This document shows, piece by piece, positions 28,920-41,370 of a stretch of DNA of 64,000 nucleotides. The first letter of the stretch is position 1. Every line of letters begins with the position of its first letter. A program made the translations under genes and the position numbers. The notes under the pieces were generated by a model. That model was not told the origin of the DNA, searched no databases, and saw only the letters and a program-made list of their open reading frames with translations. The stretch comes from Octopus sinensis (Eukaryota), in assembly GCF_006345805.1 (NCBI RefSeq), contig NC_042999.1, positions 91,388,001-91,452,000 of the forward strand, in the 5' to 3' direction.

Positions 28920-29150
28920 AGGTTAAAATCAATTGGTGGTGAAGTCAAACAGGAAAACCGAGGATTTACATTTGTGTGACTGGCTGGCTGGCTTTGAATA
29001 TAATATGAGATATTCGTTATTTACCATAGACCAAATAACATCTGGGTGCTTCATATCGGGCGGGCTAGAATATATAGGGCATGACAAGATTGCTACCTAC
29101 TTTCATTGGACATATGTGAGGCAATGAATCCCCTTCCCATCCATCTGCAG
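28920..29150 (+). mobile_element. Old R4/Dong fragment (zinc-finger region)
   Basis: ORF 28933-29127 ends TIDQITSGC...EYIGHDKIATYFHW, a degenerate ETIDHIxSGC..Y..RHD.VA..IHW motif. Confidence 0.6.
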
Positions 29151-29180
29151 AAAAATAGCATATGCGTAACCCATGGTTTA

Positions 29181-29418
29181 TACTCTTTTACTCTTTACTC
29201 TTTTAGTTGTTTCAGTCATTTGACTGTGGGCATGCCGGAGCACCGCCTTTAGTCGAGCAAATCGACCCCAGGACTTATTCCATGTAAGCCTAATACGTAT
29301 TTTATCGGTCTCTTTTGCGAAACCGCTAAGTTACGGGGACGTAAACACACGACCATCGGTTGTCAAGTGATGTTGGGGGGACAAACACAGACACACAAAC
29401 ATATACACACACATAATG

Positions 29419-29456
<38 letters not shown>

Positions 29457-29617
29457 CGACGGGCTTCTTTCAGTTTCCATCTACCAAATCCACTTCACAA
29501 GGCTTTGGTCGGCTCGAGGTTATAGTAGAAGACACTTGCCCAAGGTGCTACGCTGTGGGACTGAACCCGGAACCATGTGAATCGTAAGCAAGCTACTTAC
29601 CACACAGCCACTCCTAC
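29181..29617 (-). mobile_element. tRNA-headed SINE, family A, full length
   Basis: Reverse-complement match to 20904-21316; (TACTCTTT)n tail. Confidence 0.92.
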
Positions 29618-29707
29618 TTACAAATTCAAATATTGTTATTTTTTGGAAAGTTATGCAGATACACAGAAACGCAGACATAATAGTAATAATAATAATAATA
29701 ATAATAA

Positions 29708-31436
29708 CATTTAATGATCATCGAGTACTTAGATCTGTTTGGAATTGCGAGGAATGTAACGTGCTTCCTCAAGAGAAGTATGGTGTGATAGAAAACTGAA
29801 CTGACATCTTACGGAAAAAGCTGGGCACTCTGGGTATCAGAAGAAGAATCTTCCAGAGTGACAGCCTATCTTCGTTGCTTTTCGTTCTCTGCATGATAAC
29901 CTTGACCTTGGTACTAAGGAAATGAACCTGGGGTCCCAACTAAAGGAAAAATCCCAGACAATCAACCACCTCCTCTTCAAGGGCGATTTGAAACTGTATG
30001 GCAAAGATGAGACACAAGTGAGTTCCGTGGTGAACACGGTCCACTGTTTTAGTACTGATACTATGTGGAGAGGCAAGGTACAGTCCCTAGCATGGCTAGA
30101 ATTACCGAATAGAGACTTGATTAAGCGAACTGAAACGGAAGGATACAAATACTTTGGTGTACTAGAGTGCATCGAGATAACAGAAAAGGAAATGAAAGAG
30201 CAACTGAGGATGGAGTATTTCCGAAGACTGAGGTTGGTAAAATTCAAGCAATTAATACGTGGCGCTAGCATCACTTCAGTATGGAGCAGGAATTATAAAA
30301 TGGCAAAAGAGAGAAATGAAGACGATGGATAGCAAGAGAAGAAAAATGTTGACAGTACACGGAGTCTTCCACTCTAAGAGTGACACCGATAAGCTGTACT
30401 TGTCCAGAAGAAAGGGTGAGGGAGATTTTGATCAGTTGCTAGGACTGTATCGAAGCAGAGGAAAATAGCCTAGGGTGGTATATATAAAAATGCCGTGACC
30501 ACACTGTTGAAACGCGAAGAAGGCTGGCGTCATCAAAACTGAAAATTATGTAATTAAAGAGAAATTTAAACAAGAAATGAACAAAGAAAGAAAGAAAGAA
30601 AGAAAGAAACGAAAAAGCATGTTTGCAAGAGATGTGAACGCCAAGACGGATACAGAGGCCTGGTGGCTATGGATGAGGAAAAGTGACCTGAAGATAGAGA
30701 CAGAAGCACTCATATGCGCAGCTCAGGAACAAGGGTTAAGGACTAATTATATGAAGTGCAGAATTGACAACAGTACCGATAGCGACAGCTGCAGAATGTG
30801 TGGTAAGAGGGGTGAAACGGTATGGCACATCGTTAGCGAATACCCGAAATTGGCACAACGCGAATACAAATGATGCCATGAATGATCCATTGGAAGCTCT
30901 GTGGAAATCACGGCCTACAAAAGCAAAGACTTGGTATGAATAAACCCCAGAAGGAGTCACCGAAAATGAGAACTGCAAAATCCTGTGGGATGTAATGATC
31001 CAGTGCGATCACCTGACCAGACATAGAAAACCGGACATTGTTGAGGTGAATAAAAATGAAGGAACATGTATGATTATCGACATAGCATGCTCCGGTGACG
31101 ACAGGATCAATGTAGAAGACAGAGTAGAAGACAAAATAAACAACTATGATGATTTAAAGTAGGAAATGGTAGTGGTCAATGAAGAGAGTAGACGTGATAC
31201 CAATAGTAATTGGTGCACTTGAAAGTATCAGCACTGAACTACCAACATGGCTGAAAAAGATCGGTGCAAGTATGAGGGTAGAACACCTACAAGAATCAGC
31301 AATGCTTAGAACTGCAAGAATTCTTCGCAGGGTTCTTGAAACATGACCAGTAAGCAAGTGTCACCTTAGTCTGCTGGCTGTGGACAGCTGACGCTTTCTA
31401 TCATACCCAGCAAAATAAGCTGCGAGTTTTCATATA
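29708..31436 (+). mobile_element. 5'-truncated R4/Dong element A between two (TAA)n tracts
   Basis: INHLLFKGDLKLYG (RT domain 5), EALICAAQEQGLRTN..CRMCGKRGETVWHIVSE (CCHC) and RKPDIV..IIDIACSGD (RLE); (TAA)n at 29678-29707 and 31434-31479. Confidence 0.9.
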
Positions 31437-31445
31437 ATAATGATG

Positions 31446-31479
<34 letters not shown>

Positions 31480-34400
31480 GTAAATATATTAAGTAATGTT
31501 CATAGAGATATCATTAAGAACAAAACAATTAACTGACTGGCGCTGAAATTAACCAAATTAGAACACAAATATTTCATGGTAGACCAAATGAACACAGCAA
31601 CAATGCAGATGAAATTGGTAACAGATGCACAAAATCCAGTTTACGAGCAGTACGTCCCAACGAAGAAGCTGAACAAAGAATAGCAAAGAACAGAAATGAA
31701 GAAATAGAGGAAAGTATAGACCTACCTTAAGGACACCAAAATATACATGACACAAAGTTTGAGAAGAATCATAGAGAAAAGATCATAGAAGCAAAGGAAG
31801 ATATTATTAGAGAACTCAACAAGACTGAGTTTACTGACATATCCAATAGAAAACTGCTACTAAGGTTTTCAAGCAGCACAACAAATAACAATATAATCAT
31901 GATATATAACGTTGCTCTTCGACAGATCACAAGAAATAAAAGAAATGATCTAACAACCTTAAATAAACCTATCTATTTCACTGCTAATGTAGTAACTGCT
32001 CACCTAGGTATTAGGATGTCACAGAAAAGGATCAGCCAGGTCAATAAACCTTATTAGTGAAAAGCAGCAATACAAAAAGAGATTCAATCTTTGCAGGCGG
32101 ATGTATCAGTTCTCGATGACCTTGCAACAAGAATAAATATTAAAATGCAAAAAGCTAGAAAACAAAATCAAGCAAAAATATAAAATCAAAGATTTAATAA
32201 ACTATTGAAACAGCGCATACAGTTGAAAGCCAAACGGCTTAGAAGGTATGATAAAAGTATTAAATTTTATCAACAAAACAAAGTATTCTAGACAGATGTA
32301 AAGAAATTTTATAGAGAAATTAGCAAAAGTAAGATAGAAGTAAAGGAACCATTTAAGACTGAGAAAATAAAAGGATTCTGGAAGAAGATATGAAGCAACG
32401 AAAAAGAGTATAATGTTGGGGCTGACTGGATAGAAGGTGAGAAAGTGAGACTGGGTGAAGTTGAAGAGCAGAAATGGGAGGCAATAGAAATACAAGAACT
32501 AAGATGTGTTCTTAAATAATTAGAAAACCCCGGAATGGAGCAAATCCCTAATTTCTGGCTGAATTATTTGACAGAAGTACACCAAAATTTTGCTGCATCT
32601 CTAATAGATGTCATTCAGAACCCAGAGCAAATACCTCCCTTGCTGACTAAAGAAACTATATACTTACTACCAAAAGGTGAAGACACAAAAAATCCGGAGA
32701 TCTACCGACCAATAGCATGTCTCAACACCACCTACAAGATCCTCACATTCATACTAAGTGAAAGAATATACACTTCAACAAGACCAAAAAGGTTGTAAAC
32801 GAAATTCTTATGGGTGCAAAGAACAATTGCTCATAAACAGAATGATTGCAAAGAATTGCCGGGGAAAAAACCGAGAACCTGAGTATGGCATGATTTGACT
32901 CAGGCTCGGTCTTATTTCTGGTAGGATTTATGTTAGTAGCAGGTTACTACCTGTAACCTTAAGTATCCACAAGTTTCTACTAGTCTTTCAAGTGCTTAGA
33001 AACCTCCTGATAATCTTTCCTATCTCTAAGAGGCAAACTTTCTGTAGAAGCTCTACAGAACATTCTATTTCAATCTCCAGGAAAGCGTTTGATACTTTCT
33101 TACACAAGTGGCTACTCAAGGCCCACGAGATATATAAGATCTCTCCTGTCGTCTCTAAATTCTTACAGGGTATCATGGCCAAGTGGAAGACACGTCTCTT
33201 TCTAAATCATAATAATGGAACGAGCTAATTCAAAAACATCGAATGAGGCATCTTCCAAGATGACTCCTTTTCTCCATTACTTTTTTGCATGGTCCCACTC
33301 TCAAACAAGCTGAATAACACCAGGTATGGGTTCAAAAGTTTTAACACAATAATTAATCATCTGTTTTACACGGACGATCTAAGGCTGTTTGCTAGGAATG
33401 ATGAAGAGCTAGTAGGGCTCTTAACAACTGTTACAGAGTTTAGCAATGACATCGGAATGGATTTTGGCCTCGATAAGTGTGCTAAAGCAACTTCTGTAAG
33501 ATGCAAGCTCAAACAAACAGCTTTCATCAAACTAAGGGACTTGAAAGTTAAAAATACCAAGGAATAAACGGATGGTATACATCATACTACAATGAAGAAA
33601 AAAAATTAAAATGGAGTACTATAGGAGAATAAGACTTATACTGAGGACTGAAGTCAACTCGAAAAATCGCACCGAAGCCATTAACACCCTGGCACTACCA
33701 GTATTCCATATAGTTTTGACATCATTAACTGGGATCCTACGGAGCTCCAACGCCTGGACAGGAAGACAAGAAAATTATTTTACATCCAAGAACATGCACC
33801 ACCCAAAAGCAGACGCTGACCATCTGTACCTAGAATTTGTGAAAGAGGAAGAAATGATGCAATTAGAACTGTGCTATAAAACCTCCACAATAACAATGAA
33901 CTGGAACTTATCTAGCACAGAAGACCGGATGCTGCGACTGGTGTGCAAACATGAAAGCAGCAAAAAGTCACATTCTGTTGTCAAAGAAGTTCATAAATTC
34001 GCAAGGGAACTTGGCATTAAGCCCAAATTCGATGAAGAATCTGAAACCACTACCAACAAGTAAGCAAAACGAATCAAGCACACTGCAAAAAAGAATGGGC
34101 AGAAACAAACTGAGGAGTAGGAGAGCCAGAAGCTCCTACATGGACAATATATTCTTCGAAGACAAAATGCTGATGTAGACCAAGCAACAACCCATGAGTG
34201 ACTGAGAAGTTCAAGACTGAAAGCAGTGACTGAAGGTTTGATATAGGCAGCACAAGATCAAAGATTGTTCACCAGAAATAATCAGGCTAACGTTCTTCAA
34301 AACGGTACTGATCCTAAATGCAGATTCTGCGACACATTTGACGAAACAATAGGCCATCTCGTTTCAGGATGTCCAGTCCTGACACCAAACAAATACAAAA

Positions 34401-35040
34401 ATCGCCACGATAGGGTAGGACAGTATTTACACTGGAAAATATGTAAACATTACAAAATCAGCACCACTGCTTACTGGTGTGAACATCAACCTGAACCAAT
34501 CATTGAAGGTAAAAATCTCACTATCCTTTGAGATTTTCCAGTCAATACTGGCAGAGCGATCCAAGATAATCGGCCAGACATAATATTAAAGGCAGGGAAG
34601 AAAATACTTGTAGACTAATAGATGTAAGTGTTCCCCTGATAAAAATATATCTGTAAAGGCATTTGAGAAACTTAGAAAATATAAAGACCTGGAATTTGAA
34701 ATACAAAAGATGTGGTATCTTAAAGCAAGATCTGTTCCTATTTTTGTAGGTGCCTAGGTGTGATAAAAGAAGGATGTCAGAAACATCTAGACAACATTCC
34801 AAGAGAACCATGTCTCAGAGAAATCCAAAAGATTGTGCTGACAAATGCTGTCTACATCCTTAGAAAAACCATATCAATTTAAATATCTGTGTTGTATTAC
34901 ATGGAGATATTTCGCTATTGCCGCTGACACTCCCCCTCCCCTAGCTTTCACTTATACTGTAACATCTCTTATTCTTCACTTGCCCTAGGGCGCTAGGTGT
35001 GTATCGTCAAGTAATTGCAACAAACATGCAGATTAAAAGT
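31480..35040 (+). mobile_element. Near full-length but decayed R4/Dong element B
   Basis: YRPIACLNTTYKILT, RKAFD, INHLFYTDDLRLFA, CRFCDTFDETIGHLVSGC, RHDRVGQYLHW and RPDI..IDVSVP; ORF ends ~34884; short TAA tail at ~35042; interrupted at 32897-33077. Confidence 0.9.
32897..33077 (-). mobile_element. Inverted 3'-terminal fragment of another Dong subfamily inserted into the RT of element B
   Basis: Splits the host 'W.D|.RKAFD' codons; its reverse complement matches 35143-35312. Confidence 0.88.
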
Positions 35041-35054
35041 GAATAACAATAATA

Positions 35055-35312
35055 ATGAAGGAATATGAAAACTATAATGGTTGTGCCTATAATGACTGGC
35101 ATATTGGGAACTCTAAGAAAAGATATAGACAAATGGTTGAATGAGATTGAAATAGAATGTTCTGTAGAGCTTCTACAGAAAGTTTGCCTCTTAGAGATAG
35201 GAAAGATTATCAGGAGGTTTCTAAGCACTTGAAGGACTTATGGAAGCTTGTGGATAGTAACTCGCTACTAGCATAAATCCTACAAGAAATACGACCGAGC
35301 CTGAATCAAATC

Positions 35313-35313
<1 letters not shown>
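35055..35313 (+). mobile_element. 3'-terminal Dong fragment C followed by (TAA)~22
   Basis: VVPIMTGILGTLRKDIDKWLNEIEIECSVELLQKVCLL..IIRRFLST* RLE C-terminus; TAA tract 35314-35380. Confidence 0.88.
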
Positions 35314-35371
<58 letters not shown>

Positions 35372-35380
35372 TAATAATAA

Positions 35381-35647
35381 CTCGAATGTAGAATCTAAGA
35401 ATAGAAACAATTCCTATCATAGTGGGCGCATTAGGTATGATAAAAATATATTGAGACATATACATACCAAAAACACCAAGATTTACAGATATATATAACA
35501 TACAGAAAATTGCACTACTGGGCATTGCACACACTTTCAATGTAGTAACTATCTGAGCATCACAGCAAACCACGGCACATACCCAAGGCACACAGAGCTC
35601 TGCTCGGCAGTGAAGTGAATGAACGTTATAAAAATAAAACTACTGCT
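35381..35647 (+). mobile_element. 3'-terminal Dong fragment D followed by (TAA)~29
   Basis: ETIPIIVGALGMIK..YNIQKIALLG RLE C-terminus; TAA tract 35648-35736. Confidence 0.85.
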
Positions 35648-35664
35648 TAATAATAATAATAATA

Positions 35665-35740
<76 letters not shown>

Positions 35741-36460
35741 TTAATAATAGTATAATTTTCAATCAGTATATAGGTATTATTATTTCTTCAATACTTCTCT
35801 ATTTGCTGAATTTTTTGAAGCAGTTAGGTATTTGCACTAATAAGCTACCGATGCCGACATGGTCAACACACATGCTGATAGCGGGAGAAAGAGCAATAAC
35901 ATAGCAAAAATGAACAAATACAAAACCATGAAAAACTATACAAAGAAGCAATATGTATGAGCCTAAGAGAACAAAAAGTTTCACGAAAGGAAGGAAAAGG
36001 AAAGCATCGCAATTGCTTTTATAACTGTACTTAAAGTGAAAAGGCTAGGAAATCTCCCTTTTATACTTTATTGCTGACTGTGAAGCAAATAGAATATGAT
36101 GTTTAATCTGCCACAATAACATTTCATATCCATATACGACAATTCTTCGTATAGTGTTTACACAAGCACATATACAATGAGTGGATTAAGGCAGAATATG
36201 TGAAAGAATATTCACATTCAAATACACATACGACATACATCAGAGATATGTGTGTGAGTTGTGTGTGCATGTAAGTGTTTGTATGAGTGTATTTGATACA
36301 TATATATATATAATATATATATCTGTGTTTTTGTGTGTATATATGTACGTTTATATATATTATATATAACTTATGCACACAAACACGCATGCTTAGATAG
36401 GGAGGTCGGAAGACACAAACAGTTTGATAGATAGATAGAAGTCTGTACGCTTGCATGTGT

Positions 36461-36491
<31 letters not shown>

Positions 36492-37399
36492 CGTTTGTGT
36501 GTGTGTTGATATGTACTCAGATATATTTTTCTAATCAACTAATTTTGCTATCTTCACAGTGCTACATTCTCTGCTAGTACTACTTCATTCTCCAACTTTC
36601 TTCTCCTTCATTCTTCATGTATGCGTATATGTGTGTGTGCCTGCGTGTATGCGCGTATATGTGTGTGTATATGCATATATGCAATTGCATATGATACGTT
36701 TCTAATAATTACATTCGGTGAATTGGAAGTATCCTCGGAGTGTTTAAGCAAATGCCCTAAGGCATTACGAGTTCAAATACCACCTTGGTCTATATGGGTC
36801 ACTTATTTGATCTGTGGTCCTGTATAACATAGTCATTTGATCATTAATGCCTTCAATGGAATCCACCCTATTGCAAACACTCGAGCAGGGGCCCCGGTTT
36901 GGATATACCCTTCTCCAATTACTCCCGAATGCTCTTTTATGAGTCGTAGGCCCTGTACCCACTTGTATGTACGTACGTTCGTATATAACTAGCTAGCTAG
37001 TTAGCTACGTAAATACATACGTACGTAACTACCTACCTACCTTTCTATGAATATTCATACATGCATTCATTTGAATACTGGTACTACATCCCAATAAAAT
37101 CAATATCCAGTGCAGACACAACGTACCTGTTATTGTTGTGTGGGATACAGCACACAATTTGTATGCTATTGCTTTAAAGAGGCTTTGTTGGGTAAGGCTG
37201 GAACAGTACAAGAAGATATAAAGTAAACTACAAAAAGAAAAGAAAAGAAAAGAAAAAGGAAAACAAGATGAAGTTATAGTTTTACCTTATGTTTCTATAT
37301 TTCAGGGCTATGCCTACATCTTCGAGCCAAATGGAAAAGCGAGGGATGGAATAGGTTGTTTCTCAGATGTATGGAAGAAGAAGGAAGAAGGTGAAAGGA

Positions 37400-38000
37400 G
37401 GAAAGTGACATGCGCAGACTGATGTTGCTATATTAACCAGTCTGCATGATGAAGTTCTTTCCTGTTGCTTATGGCTGGTCTCAGTTTGTTGATAAGGAGG
37501 ACCGCCACGATTCTGAGATTGCCTTTGTTGCGTTGAGTGGCCTGGTGGATACCTTAAAATCCTGGGTTTGGCACTTCTTTAGGAGATTTTCAATCGAAGT
37601 GTTTGCGTGCTTATGTTCTTTTATTCTAACATTGCTCTAAATGTAGGATTCCCCACATTTACTGTAGACTACCTCGTATACAACATAGGCCTCGAGTACG
37701 TTTTGAATTCGTTGATGGGACAATTTGATAGTGTACACCCCAAGATTTCATCTGTGATATTATTTCTAGACAGAAATTTCTACAAGGGTGGACCTATAAC
37801 CTGTTGTAGTATTCGGCTTAAACGGGAGTGTGAAAGTAAGGTCTAAAGATTTCGAAAGTTTTAACATATATTGCAAACTACTGCAGAACTTAACAGCTCT
37901 TGTATCCGGGCTGTGGATTTCCATTAGTTATTATCATAAATGCAGAAGGTTATGTAGCACTAGATCTGCATAAAAGTCGTCTGGAAATGCTAGGGGTTTC
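37400..38000 (-). mobile_element. Decayed Penelope-like element, GIY-YIG endonuclease region
   Basis: Minus strand VVYSKCGESYI*SNVRIKEHK (37672-~37610) and LLINKLRPAISNRKE (37499-~37455) match PLE GIY-YIG motifs; upstream extent (to ~39050) uncertain. Confidence 0.6.
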
Positions 38001-39119
38001 CAAAAACGAGCAAAATAAATTGAGTCTCATCCTCCAAATCCAATCGATTACATGTACTGCGAATATTTACGAGACATTCCAAACGTTTACCCATTCGGGT
38101 TTCATGGAATAGACGTACATAGTCACATGATGTGCATGTGGGCTACATATATGTGCATACATAAAGAGTCATCACTCATATTTTTGTGCTAAAAAAGACA
38201 TGTAACTTATAACATGACCTCATGCATATCCACAAATTTTCGTGTCTCAAACAAAAATCTTTGCTAATTTGTTAATGACCAGATTGATTTCTGCGAACAA
38301 ATTTTAAAATATCTCGAAGATAAAACATACATATATAAATGTAGATAGATATGTGATCAAGTTTATATAATTAAGTTGATTAATTAAATTTGTAATTAGA
38401 GATTCAGTTTACTGGTGTTTTGTAAATGTATTGCAACCATGAAGCAGTTTAGGACAGTTGATAATTTGAGAGCTATGCTATGCGTGAAGGTATCAGTTGT
38501 AGTTCGAACTGCGGTCATGAGGAGTAGGTAAATTTCTCCAGGGATTATAGGCTTTGTTTATTTATTATTTATTTTTTATTTAGACAGATGCGTTCCTCTA
38601 CAAGTGAACCATTTTTGTTCGGACATACCTAAGAGGATAGTTTCAATCAGCTAACTGTTGCTGATGAATGAGGAATGAAGGAAATATGCTGTCAAGGATA
38701 GTTAGAACAAAATTTGAAGAATTTCGATCAGTGTTAAAATCTGGAGAAAGAGGAGCGTTCTGTAGTATGAAGATGAGGGTTAGATAGTTGCAAAGAGTCA
38801 GTGGTCGAGTAACCCGATAAATGCACAGACATTTATGGTCTGGATTAGGTCTAGAAGTGAGAAGTAAATCAAGGCGGATTGAAATGTTTCAGTATCGATC
38901 TGGGATGAGGCCAAATTGTATTCGTAGTTGAGACTTGCGAATGAATCAAATTCAGCTTCTGCACCGATAATAGCCGTATAGGAGTGTGAGATCCACGAAT
39001 AGTTGTGCATGTCGTAATCACCAAGTTCGATGATTCCGGAAAAGACTAATGAGAGGTATATATTCCCAATGCAAGCGATGTGGTCAGAGAAATGCTCTTG
39101 GTTCGAGGAGTTTGGAAAG

Positions 39120-39122
39120 TGG

Positions 39123-39153
<31 letters not shown>

Positions 39154-39483
39154 GAGAGAAAGAGGAGAGAGGGAGAGAGAAGGGAGAAAGAGATGGAAAA
39201 AGGGCTGAGGTACTTGGTTGTGTGTGTGTGAGAGAGAGAGTGTGAAGGAGAGAGAGAAAGGAGGAGAGGGAGAAGTAAAGGGAGGATATTTGGGAGTTGT
39301 TATTGCTGATATCCAGGTGAGAAAGGTGAGTGACAGGGAGAGCGGAATCTATGTTTGTGCAGACAATGAAGTTTTAGTTGACTGTGGAGTGGACGGCAGA
39401 AATGGATTGTAGATAATGGTTGCTAAATTTGTGTAGTTCACAAAGAATAATAATTAGGTCTGAAGAACCAATATACTTTTTAC

Positions 39484-39518
<35 letters not shown>

Positions 39519-39584
39519 GAGGAGGAGGAGGAGTAATAGAAGTAGTAGTAGCAGCAGCAGGAGCAGCAGAAACATCATCATCAT

Positions 39585-39620
<36 letters not shown>

Positions 39621-39680
39621 CAGTAGCAAAAAGACGATGAAGAAGGAGGAGGAGGAAGCAGAAAGGGAAAGTAGTAAGGA
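39120..39680. repeat. (GA)n and compound (AGT)n/(AGC)n/(AGG)n microsatellites
   Basis: Direct reading; explains the poly-Leu ORF 39480-39725. Confidence 0.92.
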
Positions 39681-39711
39681 AGTAGTTAATGAGTACATAT
39701 GCGACTGGTTG

Positions 39712-39755
39712 GTCACGTGAGACATTTTGTGCTTGGGGCAGGTGCAGTCACGTGA
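39712..39755. promoter_or_regulatory. Paired E-box/CLEAR-like motifs (GTCACGTGA x2), candidate promoter
   Basis: GTCACGTGA at 39712-39720 and 39747-39755 (35 bp apart), followed by TCATTTC and a GC-richer patch, outside any recognisable TE. Confidence 0.35.
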
Positions 39756-39911
39756 TCATTTCGGTAGGAAGTACAGAGTAACCACGTTTTTGCTGTTGTC
39801 GTTCTCGCCGTCACCGCTGCTGCTGGCGTTGTTGTTGTTGTTTCTGCTCAACGTGTTGCAACCGTTGCAATATAGCAGCAGAGAATTTATTGTTCGAACA
39901 GAATAATATGC

Positions 39912-40032
39912 ATTTATGTCTTTATTGCCCACAGGGGTCTAAACATAGAGGGGACAAACAAGGACAGACAAAGGAATTAAGCCAATTACATAGATCCAAA
40001 TCAGTGCATAACTGGTACTTATTTAATCGACC
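39912..40032 (-). mobile_element. 5'-truncated family B SINE
   Basis: CTTTATTGCCCACAGGGGTCTAAACATAGAGGGGACAAACAAGGACAGAC.. matches the 3' part of 15042-15272. Confidence 0.85.
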
Positions 40033-40163
40033 ATGTTTGCCAGTCTGGCAAAAAATCCACAACCTTCCGTCTCAATAAACCAATATTGTCCCTGAAAATA
40101 GGTTTCTTTCTGTATTTATTACGGACTGCTTGAAGCTAACTTCCTTCTCGATACCTGGATCTG

Positions 40164-40196
<33 letters not shown>

Positions 40197-40197
40197 A

Positions 40198-40265
<68 letters not shown>

Positions 40266-40519
40266 AACATCCATCGCTCTTCAAACATATCGTCAACATT
40301 AACATAGCTGGTTCTAATCTGATACAGAAAATAAAAGGCACATCGGGCTCGTGACCTCAACTATTTACCACTGTGAATCGAAAATCACTAGCTTCCTCGG
40401 TATGGCCTTGTTTTACAAGCTCAAGTGTTAGCAAAACCTGTACGTCTCTGGCAGAGAGATGTGAAACAGCTGCCAAGTGAAAGCAGCAGCTTGTGCTGGA
40501 AATCCGCAACAATTACAGC

Positions 40520-40850
40520 GAATTAATAAGGGATAATACAGAGCAGCTCAAAGTGATGCAGTCCTCTTCTAAATGAGTAGATGTTAAGGACATCAGGTAA
40601 AATCCTAAGTAAGGATGAAAGAACAACGCATGTCTGACAAAATACCGAAAATATATTGTAGTCATGTGACCATCAATATTGTGGCCTTTCTGCTCCCCTG
40701 ATCGGAACCCTCTTGAATACCTGAACTGGGGTGTCACTAGAAAAAGAAACCCACCGACGGCTCCCTCATACCAGGGATACTTTACGGCAGCAGAGACGAG
40801 AACCCACTGTCCTGACATGTAGTTGTTTCCATTCATGTATTTGAGCTGTG
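40520..40850 (+). mobile_element. Tc1/mariner transposase C-terminal fragment
   Basis: WPFCSPDRNPLEYLNWG at ~40682-40732 is a degenerate WPxxSPDLNPxDY motif. Confidence 0.7.
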
Positions 40851-41219
40851 ATTGGGAAAAAGAGCTACATTCATAAATTGCCTGTTTTCTGTGTTTTATT
40901 ATTTTTTTTACATGTCTAGTAGAAAGTATTATTTTTCTGTGCATCTGTGTGTATGTATGTGTGTCTGTGTGTGCGCATATGTGTGTGTACAGGTATGTAT
41001 ACGTGTACATGAATGTATATGTATATGTATAGGTAGATATGTAGGCAATTAACCATTTACGTACCCCACAGTGAAATCTTTATACATATGCAATCAAAAA
41101 CTTATGAATGAGCGGTCCGCAATATTTGTGTGTGGAAGTAATGCGTATATGCACGTGTTTATGTACTTATTTGTATAATATATACATATGGTCATTTGGA
41201 ATACTTTTGTGTGCATATG

Positions 41220-41370
41220 TGGGAATATTCTCCTAACTCTCAACTATTTTTAGGAATATAAATTGTGAGTAAGGTTTGGTGGAAGATTTTAATTCAAAAC
41301 TTATGAAAACAAGATATTTGAACTCAGAGCCAGAGGCGGTTTCACCCGGGTTGGTAATGAAAGGGTTAAT
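41220..41370 (-). mobile_element. piggyBac-like MITE end
   Basis: Minus strand begins TTAA-CCCTTTCATTACCAACCCGGG (TTAA target plus CCCTTT terminus); the other end was not identified. Confidence 0.4.

Noticed and set aside
37303-37420. Plus-strand exon-like GYAYIFEPNGKARDG.. after a good acceptor
   Set aside because: It lies directly downstream of the antisense Penelope GIY-YIG remnant and is probably its terminal repeat; no clear donor.
41263-41273. Apparent 11-nt micro-exon (TTTTAG|GAATATAAATT|GTGAGT)
   Set aside because: It falls inside a piggyBac-like MITE remnant.
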